Origin: Marsupella aquatica
Taxonomy: Eukaryota > Plantae > Marchantiophyta
Direction of reading: 5' to 3'
Length of the DNA: 64,000 nt
NCBI GenBank assembly: GCA_973895155.1
Contig: OZ316896.1
Coordinates: 14,666,684-14,730,683 of the forward strand
Below, piece by piece: positions 13,336 to 26,279 of the stretch; positions within the stretch are counted from its first letter, which is position 1, and every line of letters starts with the position of its first letter. Under the pieces are notes generated by a model. That model worked only from the letters and a program-made list of their open reading frames with translations. It made no database searches and was not told where the DNA came from. The position numbers and the translations under genes are program-made.

Positions 13336-15495
13336 TTGATATTATCTTTTTGGGGACCCTGTCTCCGCGGTGGGTCTCCCGGTCGACGTTTTTGCCCTTA
13401 GGCACTTTGATATGTATAGCGCTCTTCAGCAAACCACCACAAACATGCAAACACTAGCATTACCCCTTCCTTGAACCTAAAAAGAGACCAAGACAAAAAA
13501 GGATTGTGCAATAAAAAGAATTCTATGCTATTTCTGTTTCATCATTGCCCTATCTTCTTTTTTGTCTACCCTCACTTTCAGTTTTGTCCTTATTGAGAGT
13601 TACTCTCTAGATTTAGAGTCTTCACTCTAAACCATAGCCCTGGAAAGTAGCTTTGCACCAAGCTTTATTAGTAAGACTAGGGTGTGTCAAATCTAGGCCT
13701 GTCAGGGTAGGGTACTCAGGGTTGTCTCAAGGGCAACATTGTCAAAATAAGGGGATCTGATTTTCAAAATTCTGTGCAATATACTGTGAAGTCTCTTTCC
13801 TGTCCAGCCTCTCATGGTGAACTTGCCAGTGTGATTTCTCTTTCAGTAGTGAACTTTGAACAACCAACCATGGCAAGAAGCGGAATCAAATTAGGTATAA
13901 GATGCACCATCTTTTGCTTGATTTCAAAGATTGAGAAGGATGTTGGCCTGGGAGTGAGCAGGGGTTGTTGCCCTTTGTTTTTTGATTGGATCAAAGCTGG
14001 GACGGGAGGTCCCTTGAAAATGGAAGGATTAGTGATGGAATATCTGTCGTCACTTGTGTATTCAGCTCTGACACCCCCTACAGGTCCTAACACCATAGTT
14101 GATGACACACACAAAAAAGTGTGCTTTTGCATTGTTGTGGACATATGGGGTACATATATGTTTTGATTTGTTTTGTTCAACTATTAAGTACTTTGCCACT
14201 AAAGATGTTCTAATTGACAATACTGCCACTATTTTTTTGTATTTGTAAAAATGCCACGGTTTGTATATGGATGACAAGTTCCCAAGGTAACCAGGGGAAC
14301 CATATACTGAAACAGTGCCATTTTTGTAAATACAACAAAAACCTTGGCACTATTGTAAATTCAAACACCTTTAGTGGCAATATACTTAAAAGTTGTTGCT
14401 TTGTTTGAGGGGGGGGGGGGGAATTGGGTGCTTATTGACATACTAAAAGTGCTACAAACACACTGACTGCAGAATAAGACATGGTCATAATCGAGGTGAG
14501 GATCCACATGACTCTTTCAACATACAAAGTGATTTTGTGTGTGTCTTTTCTTGTTTTTCACAAATTGGAAAGCACATGACCTAAACCACTTCAAACATAC
14601 TTACCCTGTCCCAAACCCAACAAGGGGAGAGGGAATTTGAACCTGAGACCTTATGGTCCTCTCCATGTTTCCTAAATATGCAATGTGAGTCTTCACATCT
14701 AGACACCCAATAGCAAGGATAGACAAATTACAAAAGAAGAGCCTCAATAAACAATGGCCATATAGGTTATCAAAGGTTATGTAAAAGTTTATTTTTCACT
14801 ATAGTCATCCCATGCATATGAAAAATCTTTATGGCAAAAAGCTATGGATCATGAATTTGGTAGTCCAAGACATTTTCTGTCTATAACCTTAACTCCTAAG
14901 TTAAGGTCCATCAAATCTTGAGGTGTGAGACCCCCTAGTACTCCCTAAGCACCTGGACTTCTGGCATAGGCAAGTGAGAGTTACAGAGAAATTAAACAGT
15001 AACTAAGAGACTAGCCAGAGTACTTGGTGTCAACAGTTCCTTTGTTTGGGTAGTGCCTTTTTCAATGCCTTTGTAGCCCTAGTTATGGTCTCCACCTTTG
15101 CAAGGGGTCCACTAGCTCCCAAAGATCACCTCAGTGCCTCAAGCCATGGGTCCAAAATTGCTCAACTATTAATTGCAAATCTAGCTTGATGCCAAAAGCA
15201 TCCAGAGGTATCTAAAGCTCCCCCTGCCCCCCTTAGGGTGACTTGAACCAGGAAGCCAACCAATGACCCCTTTCTCCCACTTGTATGTCAAAATTGCCAT
15301 GCTGCCATTCATGGTTCACTAGTCCATTGGTAGACTTGCAGAGGATCTCAACAGATCTCATGCTCTTGATGTCTAGGTGAGCACCTGACACCAATGGACC
15401 AACTTTGGTGTCATGTAAGTTAGCTAACCCAACCACGAAGGCTTAATAAAATCTGTTGGGTCTATCCCCAAACATACATGTTGATATTAGAATTC

Positions 15496-15993
15496 TGGGA
15501 TTTACTAGATGGCCACTCTTTTTTGGCATAATGTAGAAGTTGCTAATGATTTTTTTCCATTTATCACTATGCCATTATTTTTGTTTGTGGGTTAAGAAGC
15601 TCCTTCACATCCAATAGCTGTCATCACACCCAATTTTACAATCACATCATTGGGGTCCCCTCCATGTGACTTTGACCATACCAAGGAGGACTGGGGCAAA
15701 GGCTACGCATAGGTACAGGCTGATATTAGGTAGAGGCCATGTGTAGGATATGGGACAGGACCACACAACCACCCGTTGGTCAGCTGATCCAAGGGTGTTT
15801 AAGGTCATCTTGAGGGAGACCCGGGTAGTTTGATTAGGAAACTAGGTGTGATGATAGCCATTGGATGTGAAAGAGATAACCTAGGTTAATTTTCTTAGCC
15901 CACAAACAAAAATGAGTGGCATTGTGATACATAGAAAAAAATTAGTGGCCAGGTATGTAGTATGCCATAATAGAGTGGCAACCTATTATCCCA
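15496..15993. mobile_element. non-autonomous foldback element with long imperfect TIRs (MULE-like)
   Basis: The left arm ~15496-15630 is an imperfect reverse complement of the right arm ~15845-15993 (e.g. tttttgtttgtgggttaagaa / ttcttagcccacaaacaaaaa; ttcacatccaatagctgtcatcacacc / ggtgtgatgatagccattggatgtgaa). It is flanked by the direct repeat atattagaatt at 15484-15494 and 15994-16004. Confidence 0.75.
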
Positions 15994-16076
15994 ATATTAG
16001 AATTTTCCTTGCAAATGTATAAATACAATCACATAGAAGGGGAAGGGGGGCGGACTACTCATAAAGGAGGGAGAAT

Positions 16077-16422
16077 TGTTGAGCATAGACGACAATCACA
16101 ACGGTAAGCACATGACACATCCAACGATCAAATAGTTGACACAAGAGATATGTGGTTCACCTCCTTGAGTCTACGTCCACGGGAACACACTGTAAGAGAG
16201 CTTTACTGAACTCTAAGCCCGTCGGCCATACCAAGTCTCCACAGTGTAAGCTCTCCTCATCTCTCAAGTGGCCCCATAATAATGAACCTAAGTTCCATTT
16301 ATCCAAGCAAACACCGCTTGGCATATAGTGTGTATCCTAGTTAACCTAACCATATCTTTGACTACGGTTAGCCTAGCTACGGTTACATGTTGTAACCCTA
16401 GACCTTGAGTAAATACCTATCA
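16077..16422. mobile_element. solo LTR
   Basis: Begins TGTTG, ends TATCA, flanked by agaat/agaac (5-bp TSD, 1 mismatch). Highly similar along its length to 48444-48777. Confidence 0.85.
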
Positions 16423-17737
16423 AGAACATACCCACAGGTGTGTAAGTTAGTGAGTTGTTTGTGACAACTGTCGTTGGTCTCTTGCAGGATTACACATGCT
16501 ATAATCCATGAGGGGTTACAGCCAATAAGCCCCTTAAGAGGCCATGGATTATTGAATTCACTCCCTTATTGTGTTTTTACTCTATTTTCACCTGAAAGTT
16601 TTTGCCAAAGTCTAGGTTGGCCAGGGGATGCCCAAAGTCTTATTGGTAGTCTCATAATTCCTTAGTGAGGTAGGGCTAGAGGATTAGGGATGATAATCAT
16701 GGACAAAACTACAAAAGAAAAAAATTATGTCATTTCTGTAAGGAATACAAGTCACCAGTGTGTAACTATATCTAGAGATACTTGCTACCCAGAAACTCAT
16801 GATCAATAACCTTTTTTCGGACAATAATTACATTAATAAAGGAGGTCTGGGCAGGCGTTCTCATTTGAACCCTACTCTAAAAATGCTTGGAAAAGCTTCT
16901 TGGCTCTTGTTGCTGATGCTCAACTTCTACTCACTTTTTGGTCACAAGGTTTATACACTAGTAAGCCCAACCCAAACCTCCCTTTGGAATATGTAAATTT
17001 GATACAGAAATAAAGTTACTTGTGTGTTATTATTTCTGGAGGCCTCTGCTAAATCCATTAAGGACAGGTGTTTGTCTTTTCAACCTTTGAGCCATCCATT
17101 ACTTGACACGTAAGGTAGGTTTGGCAAGATTCTATCTCATTAAATTTTCACCGTATGAAAATATGGTGAGTACTTTGTGTATACTCCAAACAGACTGGAA
17201 GTGTCAATTAACACAAATCAGGAGGAGATATGCTAACCAGCTGGTCGTGTCAGAGTAGCTGATCAGTGGGACGCAAACCAACAAGGACAAAAACTTCAAA
17301 CTGAAAGAAACACAGATGTTAATCTAGAAAGTAAGGCACTTAAAATAGAGAAAATTTCACACGATAGAGAGTTCAAACTTTATTTTCAGATTGTTAATAT
17401 CACCATACAATTGTGACCATGTGAGAAAATCACTTAAGGTCATGGAATATCAATTTTCAGAGTCCGACAATCATCTATAGTCTGATAGCAAAAATGCAGC
17501 TTCCTGAGTATACAGTCAATGATGTATCAATCCTAAGTAATATGTCTATACTAGTTTGCCACATAGGCCTAGATAATATTCTAGCGTACTGATCTAAACC
17601 TGGCACTAAACAAGAGATTTTATGTTAAAATTAATAGTGCAATTAGTCATCAAAGATATTTTTCCAAGGATAACATTGATTGGGTTCACATTTTGAACAT
17701 TGCAACCCGGATTGGAACCACGGTCCGAGGGGGACAT

Positions 17738-19486
17738 CTAATTATCCCAATCATACATATCCATCCACTTCTCTACTTCAGCAGCCTTCTTGCCACCTTT
17801 CATATTTTGCTCAGGACTGAGTGCTGCCAGAGTCAACCCCTCCATAGATTTTGGCTTCAGTGGAGGCTCCATTGCAAGCCTGGACATCTGTTTGGCTGAA
17901 ATGCTGCTCACTACTTCAAACATTGACACATCACTACTATCGTTAGCAAAAGTTTTAGTCAAACTGTTAACCAGTCAAAATAGAATACCAAAACAACACT
18001 AAAAGATACAAGTACTAAAAAATGACAATCCTTACCTCCACTCTTTGAAAGTGTCTTCTTCAAAATAGGAGGTTTATGTTCATCTGAACTTGCAATCACA
18101 TTGTTCTTGAAGAGGACTGTCTCTACTTGCACATTTGAGTTATATGCACTACTGCTCACCAGCAGATCATTGGGCACCACAAACTTGAGCCTCCACTGAC
18201 CTGTTGTATCTATTGTAGGCACCTTGCAATTTGTGCCTTGTGATCCTCATTCCAACTGCAGACTGTACACCCTCTAAAGCCATTCATGTGACACAGGTAG
18301 TTCTTCCTGATTTGTTAGAAATGGCATCCACTTCCAATCCACATTTCTTGTGCACTTCTTTTAAACATCCAATCAGCTTCTTGGCAGACACACGCAATGT
18401 AAAATACCAAGCCATAGTGCGTGGACTATAATATATACACTAACAAAACAAAAATGTACCAGACACATGGAAATGACTAATCAATTTTGCTATTATGTGC
18501 ACCATGTCCAGGTCATGCTTTGTCACATCACGTTGAAAGTGTTCCTCTTGATATTGGTCTAGGCTAACATGATAGTTCTTGGACAAATGCTCATCATATC
18601 TCACAAACTGACCAACTTCGTCAATACCAAATTGGAACTCATGTTTCTCAAGCTTGTAATGCTCTTGACCACCTTGAATAGCAAACCTACATAACAAGTA
18701 ATAAACACATTTTCTTTGTGCCAGTCCTCTAGGATGGTTGCATCTAGTGCACAAGTGAATAAGTATTGTTTATTCATTTGAAAGCAAAAATTACAATAGC
18801 TTTCTTGCGCAGCAGTTTGCTCCAACACGCCTCGATCTCTCCGTCGCTACAACACAGGAAATGCCTATTTTCTGAAACAAGGGACTTGTTCTCATGCAAA
18901 ATTTAGGCTCATCAACACCACTTAGTTGCACTCTGCTCTCTTGTGTCCGATGCAGCATCCAATGGAATGCATGATAGAGTCCCATGAGGGTCTGGCTGGG
19001 ATACAAACAACCGTCATTCTTGTTACCAACTTGAAGAACTTTGTGAGCAAGAGGCTATAATCTGCTGGAGTCAGATCCTCAAAAGTAATAGCCCCTAAAC
19101 CTATGGTACCTATCAAGACTATTTTGGGCTCATTTGTCAACAACAGTAGATGGATTGCTCTGCCAGCAACAATGGTTTTGTTGGAAAGCTTCATCCTTAG
19201 CAAGGAACACAAAGGGAGTTTGACCCTCGACAGTGACACGGACTTGTTGGCTGACAAGTGCTTCTACTTTGATCTTATCAACATCAACATCAACATCAAC
19301 ATTCAGTGCATCATACAACTTCAATTTATTAAGTGCATCGTACAACTTCAATTTATTTTTGTCAAGATTGAGATCATTGAAGTCATCCAACAATGGATCA
19401 AATAAGACCACACTTGCTGGCTCTAACGTGGCTTCAAAATACACAGGTACAACACCCTTTGTCCTAGAGTCAAATGCATTGTCCAT
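17738..19486 (-). pseudogene. decayed Crypton/DUF3504-like tyrosine recombinase gene
   Basis: Fragments across frames: FEDLTPADYSLLLTKFFKLVTR, YPSQTLMGLYHAF, HPRGLAQRKCVYYLLCRFAIQGGQEHYKL...FQFGIDEVGQFVRYDEHLSKNY, then (not in the ORF track) AWYF...LKEVHKKCGLEVDAISNKSGRTTCVT*MALEGVQSAVGMRITRHKLQGAYNRY. These match the R...HxxR...H...Y order of tyrosine recombinases. There is a probable GT-AG intron at 18035-17964, plus stops and frameshifts. Confidence 0.8.
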
Positions 19487-20902
19487 CTTAGTTGTGCAAA
19501 ACAATGTTGAACGATGGATTGGCTGTTCTTGGCGGTGGAGTGGCCATATTGCTGCGTTGGCCCCACTAGACAACACTCAGAAGATGCTAGGCCGATAGCA
19601 GCAGGCAAGCAAAACAATGAGCGAGGCCAATGCCAGAAGGTGAGCAAGATGAATGGAGCAGGCGAGCAAAATTCCTTCCAATATTCATTGGTTTGAATGT
19701 TCAACGAGACTGAACTTAAGTCTAAACTAATGAAAGCTATGCAAGGTAAGAGCACTTACGTCAGTTTTGATCTGCATACATACTCCACTAGCACTAGACC
19801 TCCAAAGAATGAGCAAAAAAGAATTAGCCAGTCAATCAGTCGCTTGAAATCAAAGATGCTCAAATGATAAAACACCAATGAAAGTGAGAACGTGACAAAC
19901 ATGAAAGAGATCGAAAGTAGCACCCCAAAATCTTGATCCCAAATCTATCAACTCTCCGACAACATCAATGAGAGCAAGCAACAATAACAAAAATGGAAAG
20001 TTGCATGTAGAAGGGGCATTGGTGACAAGAGCGCAAAGGATATTTTGGGCAAAGCCAATGAGATCAGTCCAATCCAGCCCTACCCGCAAAACCTTGTTAC
20101 ATCACCTCACCTCAGCAAACAAGAAATGACAGAAACTAGTGACTGCATCAAATGTCCAAACGAATCCGTTGAGGAGACAGAATCACTTACTTCTGGAGGC
20201 AGTGATCACCTGCAAACCGCAAGCGCCGAGAAAGAAGCGAAACATAATTGACTGAGTGCATTGAATGTCCAAAGAATCCATTCAGGTATGGCCAGCTTCA
20301 TCTAGTATGCCTGCCAACTATTGACCACTTGACATCAAATTTGACAAATGATTCAAATAGAGCTGGATCTGACAATCGAAAAGACATGCCCTCTTCATTA
20401 ACGTAAAGCTAAGGATGACACCAGTCCCATTACGAGGTATTATAGTCTCCCATATACGGTCAACTATAATCTACAACTATAATATCCAATACTGCCATTT
20501 TTCGTCCTTCGTCCCATTACAAAATGTGTTCTCGGCGGGAATGATCCACAACCATTAGATCTTTTGCAAGTTTTTTAATACCATTTGATCATGGAAAGGA
20601 GACCATTAGCATTGGACATCAAAGAACAGACTCAGGCATACTAATACAAAGGATGATAATAAGATGCCCTGACAAAGAATGAAGGAGTACAAAGGACGCC
20701 CTCCAGAAGACCACTCCATTATGATTGTTCTTGCAAGTATGACTGTCCCTGCCAGTACGCTCTTCCCCTCCTCAATCCTCATGCACTTGCTGCCCTCTAT
20801 TACCCTCATACTTATATGGAAGGAAGAGTACCATCCCGAATACAAGAGGGCAGCTATCCTCACAGGGTATGATTCTACGTAGGGACAGAGAGACTGGAAT
20901 GG

Positions 20903-20906
<4 letters not shown>

Positions 20907-20958
<52 letters not shown>
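20907..20958. repeat. (GA)n microsatellite
   Basis: Perfect GA run. A shorter GA run lies at ~22315-22343. Confidence 0.95.
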
Positions 20959-20961
<3 letters not shown>

Positions 20962-22312
20962 TTCATTGAAAAAACACCCAGTCAAGGCCAGTGTCAAGTC
21001 TGTACTAAGTCACCACACATAGGCAAAGTCATCACAGCGTAGAGTCTTGGTAACGAGTCATGTCTCTATTAATACTCCACATACCAAGTCATTCATGTTA
21101 TCGAGGTGTACCATAGATAGACACTTAATCAAGAATTTATTCATGCGTACCAAATAATTTAGACCAGAAATATTTAAACAAGACCGTAAGTAGAAATTGA
21201 CAGAAAAGCGTTATGTAATCCAGGCAAGTGGTCAGGTCGTGCCCGATCTTTCTAAACAGAGTCGTGAGTACAATAGAATGATGAAGTTCTGCCATTAATA
21301 ACTATTGTTCATACGTTAGGCAATGGTCAACGTAAAGTCAGTATTTAACCATTCGAAAATAAATCTAAGTTTATCGGAAGTTAGATGTGCCGGAATCGTG
21401 TCGCTGTAATCTCATAAAAGAAACCTTCTGGAATGCTAACTGCCGACAGTCGATAGTCAGTATTAGGGGCCACGGTTAGAAGCATACAAAAAAAGTTAAG
21501 GCGATCCTCTTCATTCTTGAAGCCGGACATTCTACGCGGTTCATCATAGCAGCAAGTCAATTTGCCTGATGTGGACCCTCAACTAGCATCGGAATATAGT
21601 AGACATATTCTGCATCACAAACCCCAGGGTCGTCTTTCAGCCCCCGTCCCCGGGGCGGGATTAAAAGTTATTTGCATTCAATCCCTGGTCCATGTTTCTG
21701 CTACCTCTAGCCGCGGCGGTAACGGGGAGACATGAACCGATACTAGGCTAGCAAAAAATGAGGAAAAAAATTCATTGAAAAAGATGGATGTTTTATGAGT
21801 GTATACCTGATTGGCACGAGCCATGCTGAGTTTGTTGTTGCTGCAGGGCGATTTCCGTGTGTGTGTCAGGCTGTGATGTAGTGCTACTGTGGCCGTTCTC
21901 AGTGGTCCTAAAAACGTCGTGCCAAAAGTGCTAGCCGTGCTGTGAACAGAGGATCTAGGAACAGAGGAGCTAGGAACTTACTCAAAAAATGTGCTCATGC
22001 GTAAATGTGTGGATGAAAATTTGTTTGTGTGGGGGAGTCTTAAGTAGCGGATGTCCAGAGTTTAGGGTAGCCGCCAGTGAAATATGAGCTTACGAGAGTT
22101 GGAGTACCCTATTGTACTTGATGTGATCGAAGGGTGCTGGTGCAGCGTACGTGTTTAACAGGGATATTTTTACAGGACTTTAATATTACATATATAAGGT
22201 GTAAACATTACTATGTTTTACATATTTTGCGTAACGTCTACTGTACTCTCTGGCCTATCTGTACTTGCTCTAATCTTTTGTTTTGAACATCTTGGCATAT
22301 TCTATCTTCATG

Positions 22313-22347
<35 letters not shown>

Positions 22348-22561
22348 AAAAGTGGATAAAGATAATGAAAAAACAAACAAAGGAAAGAAAAACAATTGGA
22401 GAATTTTTTAAAAAAATGTCGGAAAGGAGGGGAGGGGGCGGGGGGGGGGGGGGGGGCGGGCCAAGGAAAGAGTATCATATTTTTAATTTTTATTAAAAGG
22501 ACCAAAGAATTTTGATGGGCAAAAGAGGGGCGAGCATCAAGGAGTTTCTTTATTGTAGGTG

Positions 22562-22993
22562 GTACCTTTTCCACAAACATCATCTTTTACACAATATAGT
22601 CTTTGCACAATGACATCTTCTCTACAACAAAAATCTTTCACAAAACATCTTTTCGGCAATGACATTTTTTACACAAGGATGTACTTTGCTCAATTTCAAT
22701 TTTTGGCAAAGAATATTGCTTTTGCATTGACATCTTTTTTGCAACAAAATATTTTCAACAATGAAATCATTTACATAACAACATTTTTGGAACAACTTAT
22801 TTTCCGCAAATGACATATTTTGCCCAACAACATCTTTTCCATAAACAACAACTTTTTGCAGCTTATCTTTTTTGCAAAGGACACCTTTTGTGCAATGACA
22901 TCTTTTCTGCATACAACATCTTTTTCGCATACGAGATGTTTTACACATTGACAATTTTTGCGCAACGACATCTTTTGTCCAACGCACAGGTAT
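22562..22993. repeat. degenerate ~20-nt tandem array (consensus ~ACAAYGACATCTTTTTGC)
   Basis: At least 15 copies of a (G/A)ACATCTTTT-like core are spaced ~20 nt apart. Confidence 0.75.
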
Positions 22994-23593
22994 TGAGCTA
23001 GTACCTCATAATGGGACTGGTGCCTCCCTTAACCATATACATAATCTCATGCCCGGAAAGTGCGCTCCGTTATCCTTTTGCCAGACTGCATTAATGTACC
23101 ATAAGGATGGCTTTGTAGATTCAACCCCTCTTAGCTTTTCTTCACTTTCTGGTCACATGCCCAGACCGTCATTATCCTATACATGAGGCATTAGGGACCT
23201 GGGACTGGACTCCATGGAGGGACTTGGGGCAAAGGCAGCAACAGCCTCCTACCCCTTTGTTTTGAGTGATTGCCCTGCCCGTCGACATCTACAGCTACGA
23301 ACAGCACCCCACAATGAATATTGTGTTGTATTGTGTTCATCCCACGACGTTTTCGAGTTGAGCTCCGTATAGTTTATGAAATGCGGGTTTCATGCGAACA
23401 GAGCTCTTCACGTTTCCCGCGTCCAGTTTTCAAAGCCCTCACCTCACCTTTCTAAACACCACTTTCATCGACAATCGAAGGTTTATTGACATTTGCAAGC
23501 GTAGACAAACACGCGAGAGAAATTCGTTCCTTGGGTCAGCATTCAGGAACTGGTAATTTGTGTTGATTGTTTGACAGTCGCGGAAAGCATTCG

Positions 23594-26279
23594 ATGGCGT
23601 CGTCCGCGGGAGGGGATGGTACCGCGGAGCTGTCATTCGCAGTCCTCGACGATGCGGAGCGGCTCTATAATCTTGGCTGCGCTGCAATTCGCAGCGACTC
23701 TTACGAAGAGGCCGTGGACTGCTTCAGCAAGGCTCTTGAACTCCGGTCAGTAGTTGAGTTAGTCGGTCTCCTTCCGGATGGAAGCAATCGGGTGCTTGGG
23801 AGGTTTTTTCTTTTGTTTTGTTTCCGTTGTACGAATGTGGCGGATGCGTGGGACGGCATTGTGTCCGGCGAATTTGGTTTGTTTTGCTTCCAAAATTGAG
23901 AGTGCACTCAATTTTCTTGCCAGCTGGCCGAAGCTGCCGGTAACCCTTGACGTTGCGTCTCGTTTGATGATGGCGGCTCTTTTATCATCTCCCCAATCTC
24001 ACAGATATGGTTGGTTTGTAGAGTTCAATGCTACGGGGAGTTGGGACCAGAGTGCGCACAGACCTACTACAAGTTTGGTTGTGCATTACTTTACAAAGCG
24101 CAAACAGAGGGTGACGCCGTGGTCGACTCTAAAGCCAGCAAGGGACAGTCGTCATCCGCTGCTGAGGCATCGAAGCTCAACGGTCAGTCACCTTGGTCCC
24201 TCTACCGATCATTTGGCATGCGTGTTTTGTTGTGCTCTGGCAAGGGTTGTATGACCCATTCTTCTCTGTTTTCTTTTTTGTGGATGTACAGAGGATGATT
24301 CGGAGGATGAAGAGGATGAAAAGAATGAAGGGGAAGGAGCAGTTGCAGACGATGAGATCGGTGAGGAGGAAGAAAGCGACCTGGAGTTGGCTTGGAAGGT
24401 TCTGGATATTGCAAGGGTAATATATGCAAAGGAGGCCCAGCGCACACTTGCTGAAGTCGATGTCATTACAGCTCTCGCAGACGTCAGTCTTGAGAAAGGT
24501 AAGCGCTTTTTCTGATCGGGTTTTCATTTCCTCTCCGAAACTAGGTAATTTTGAAGAGTCTCAGATAGTTCTTAATTGTAGCCTATTGGGGCCTGTGATG
24601 GTTGTCTTATTGAATTTTTCGTCTTGAGACTTTCTGTCATCACAGAATTCGCATCGGTGGATTTTTTTAATGCGTAAGGTGTCTATCAGGACTCTTCCAT
24701 TACCTGGGATGCTCTAGTAGTCAGGCTTTGATTTTCTCTTTCGTGCTTATTGTCCTGTTAGTCCGGGAAGATAAGCGCAGCACCTTCGTTCTAAACCTTC
24801 TCACTTTTCACTACTTTTGTGATTTTTCCAGAGCTCTTTCAGGTGTGTTTCGATGATTACGATGCCGCATTGAGTACGCTTGAAAATCTTGTGGAGGCAG
24901 ACAATCGTCGGATTGCCGAATTGTATCCTATGTCAGGGTTTAATTTGTGATTTTCGTTTTTTCATTCATATATTTATGGAACTTGAGGGTTCTTAATTAG
25001 CAAACTGAGCTCTGTTGGATGGACTCGTGCATGTTGGAGGGCGGAAAGACAACTGTTGATGCGTTTCCTCGGAAAGACAACTGTTGATGCGTTTCCTAGA
25101 AGATATGTAACTTAGCAGTTCTCAAGCAGGCAACTGAGCCGTATCTGAGGAACTTTTGCATCTTTTGGAGGGCGGAAGGTCTGCCATGAAGCAGCTGATG
25201 CGCTATTTAGTCCTCATTACAGGCAAAAAGTAGTGGCACCTGAGCGAAATAATTAGGTCAGCCATTGTAGAAGCACCTAGTTGTTCCTGACGGAAGCATG
25301 GATGAAATCTTGCCTCTTTGCCGTCTTCCATCGTCATCTGAAAAATCTTGAGATTTTGCCAGAGTGAACTGGTTTGCTTGTACGCTTCGAGAAAGGCTCA
25401 GAGAAAGCAGTAACCTTGACGATTGCAGATGTTTCAAGATATCCCTGGCGAAGCAAATGGACCAAAAGCCCCAGGAGGCTCTTGACTACTGTAAACGAGC
25501 TATATCTGTATGCGAGCGCCGTATCGAAAGGATGAATAGGGAATTAAATGCAGGGAAAGAGCCAGACAGAACTCTCGGTAAAGGTGTAGAAGTCACCGGC
25601 AAGTGTTCAGTTGAGACCGTTAGTGATGCCGTGAATGACTGTAAATTATCTTCGGAATCCGAACTGAAGGAAGTAGGTGAAGCTGATCAAAACCTCGTCA
25701 GCAGCGAAGATGAGGCAAAGGTCGTTGGTGACGGTGATGCCCAAGTGAAAGACTCAAAATTGTCTGTCGAAGCAGACCTGAGGGCAGAAGTGAAGGAAAT
25801 AGAAGAATTGCTGGTCGATCTCAGAGAAAGGGTCAGTTGCATTGGAAAATTTTGGATACGATTGTTTTCAAATTTTGTGTCATTGCGTTCTATTGGCAGT
25901 TAGGGTATTATTTGTTGCATTGCGGACCTGACCCTGAAAACATGCACAGGTGGAAGAGCTTCAACAAATGGCAGTTGCACCTTCTCTGTTGGAGGCACTG
26001 AAAGCTTCGAATCCTGAGGCGGCAGCTATGATGAAACAAGTTTATAGCACAACCATTGGAGTAACCACTTTTGGGAACGGTGGATCTGGCACTTCGCAAG
26101 TAGGGAGTTCTTCCACAGCCCCTGTGACAAATCTTGGGGTTGTGGGAAGAGGAGTGAAGCGCGCTAGTTTGACCCCCATTGTCGATGAACAATCGTCTGA
26201 GACACCGTCAAAGAAGAGGACCACAGAAGATGTATTGAAAGGGGGTAGCTCTGGAGAGACGCAGAATGGTCATTCTTGA
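23594..26279 (+). CDS. NASP: NASP/Sim3 TPR histone H3 chaperone, 6 exons
   Basis: Exons 23594-23745, 24022-24182, 24292-24498, 24832-24922, 25429-25831, 25950-26279 give YEEAVDCFSKALELRVQCYGELGPECAQTYYKFGCALLYKAQ, an acidic insert, SDLELAWKVLDIARVIY (SHNi-TPR), DNRRIAELCFKISLA, and C-terminal VTNLGVVGRGVKR. Confidence 0.93.
24923..25428 (+). other. U12-type (minor spliceosome) GT-AG intron in NASP
   Basis: The 5' site is GTATCCTAT and a branch-like ACCTTGAC ends 8 nt before the intron end, with no polypyrimidine tract. Splicing restores the frame (IAEL/CFKI). Confidence 0.8.

Noticed and set aside
12746-14408. Hydrophobic and other ORFs upstream of dephospho-CoA kinase
   Set aside because: They arise from low-complexity repeats or show no recognisable motif or splice-consistent structure.
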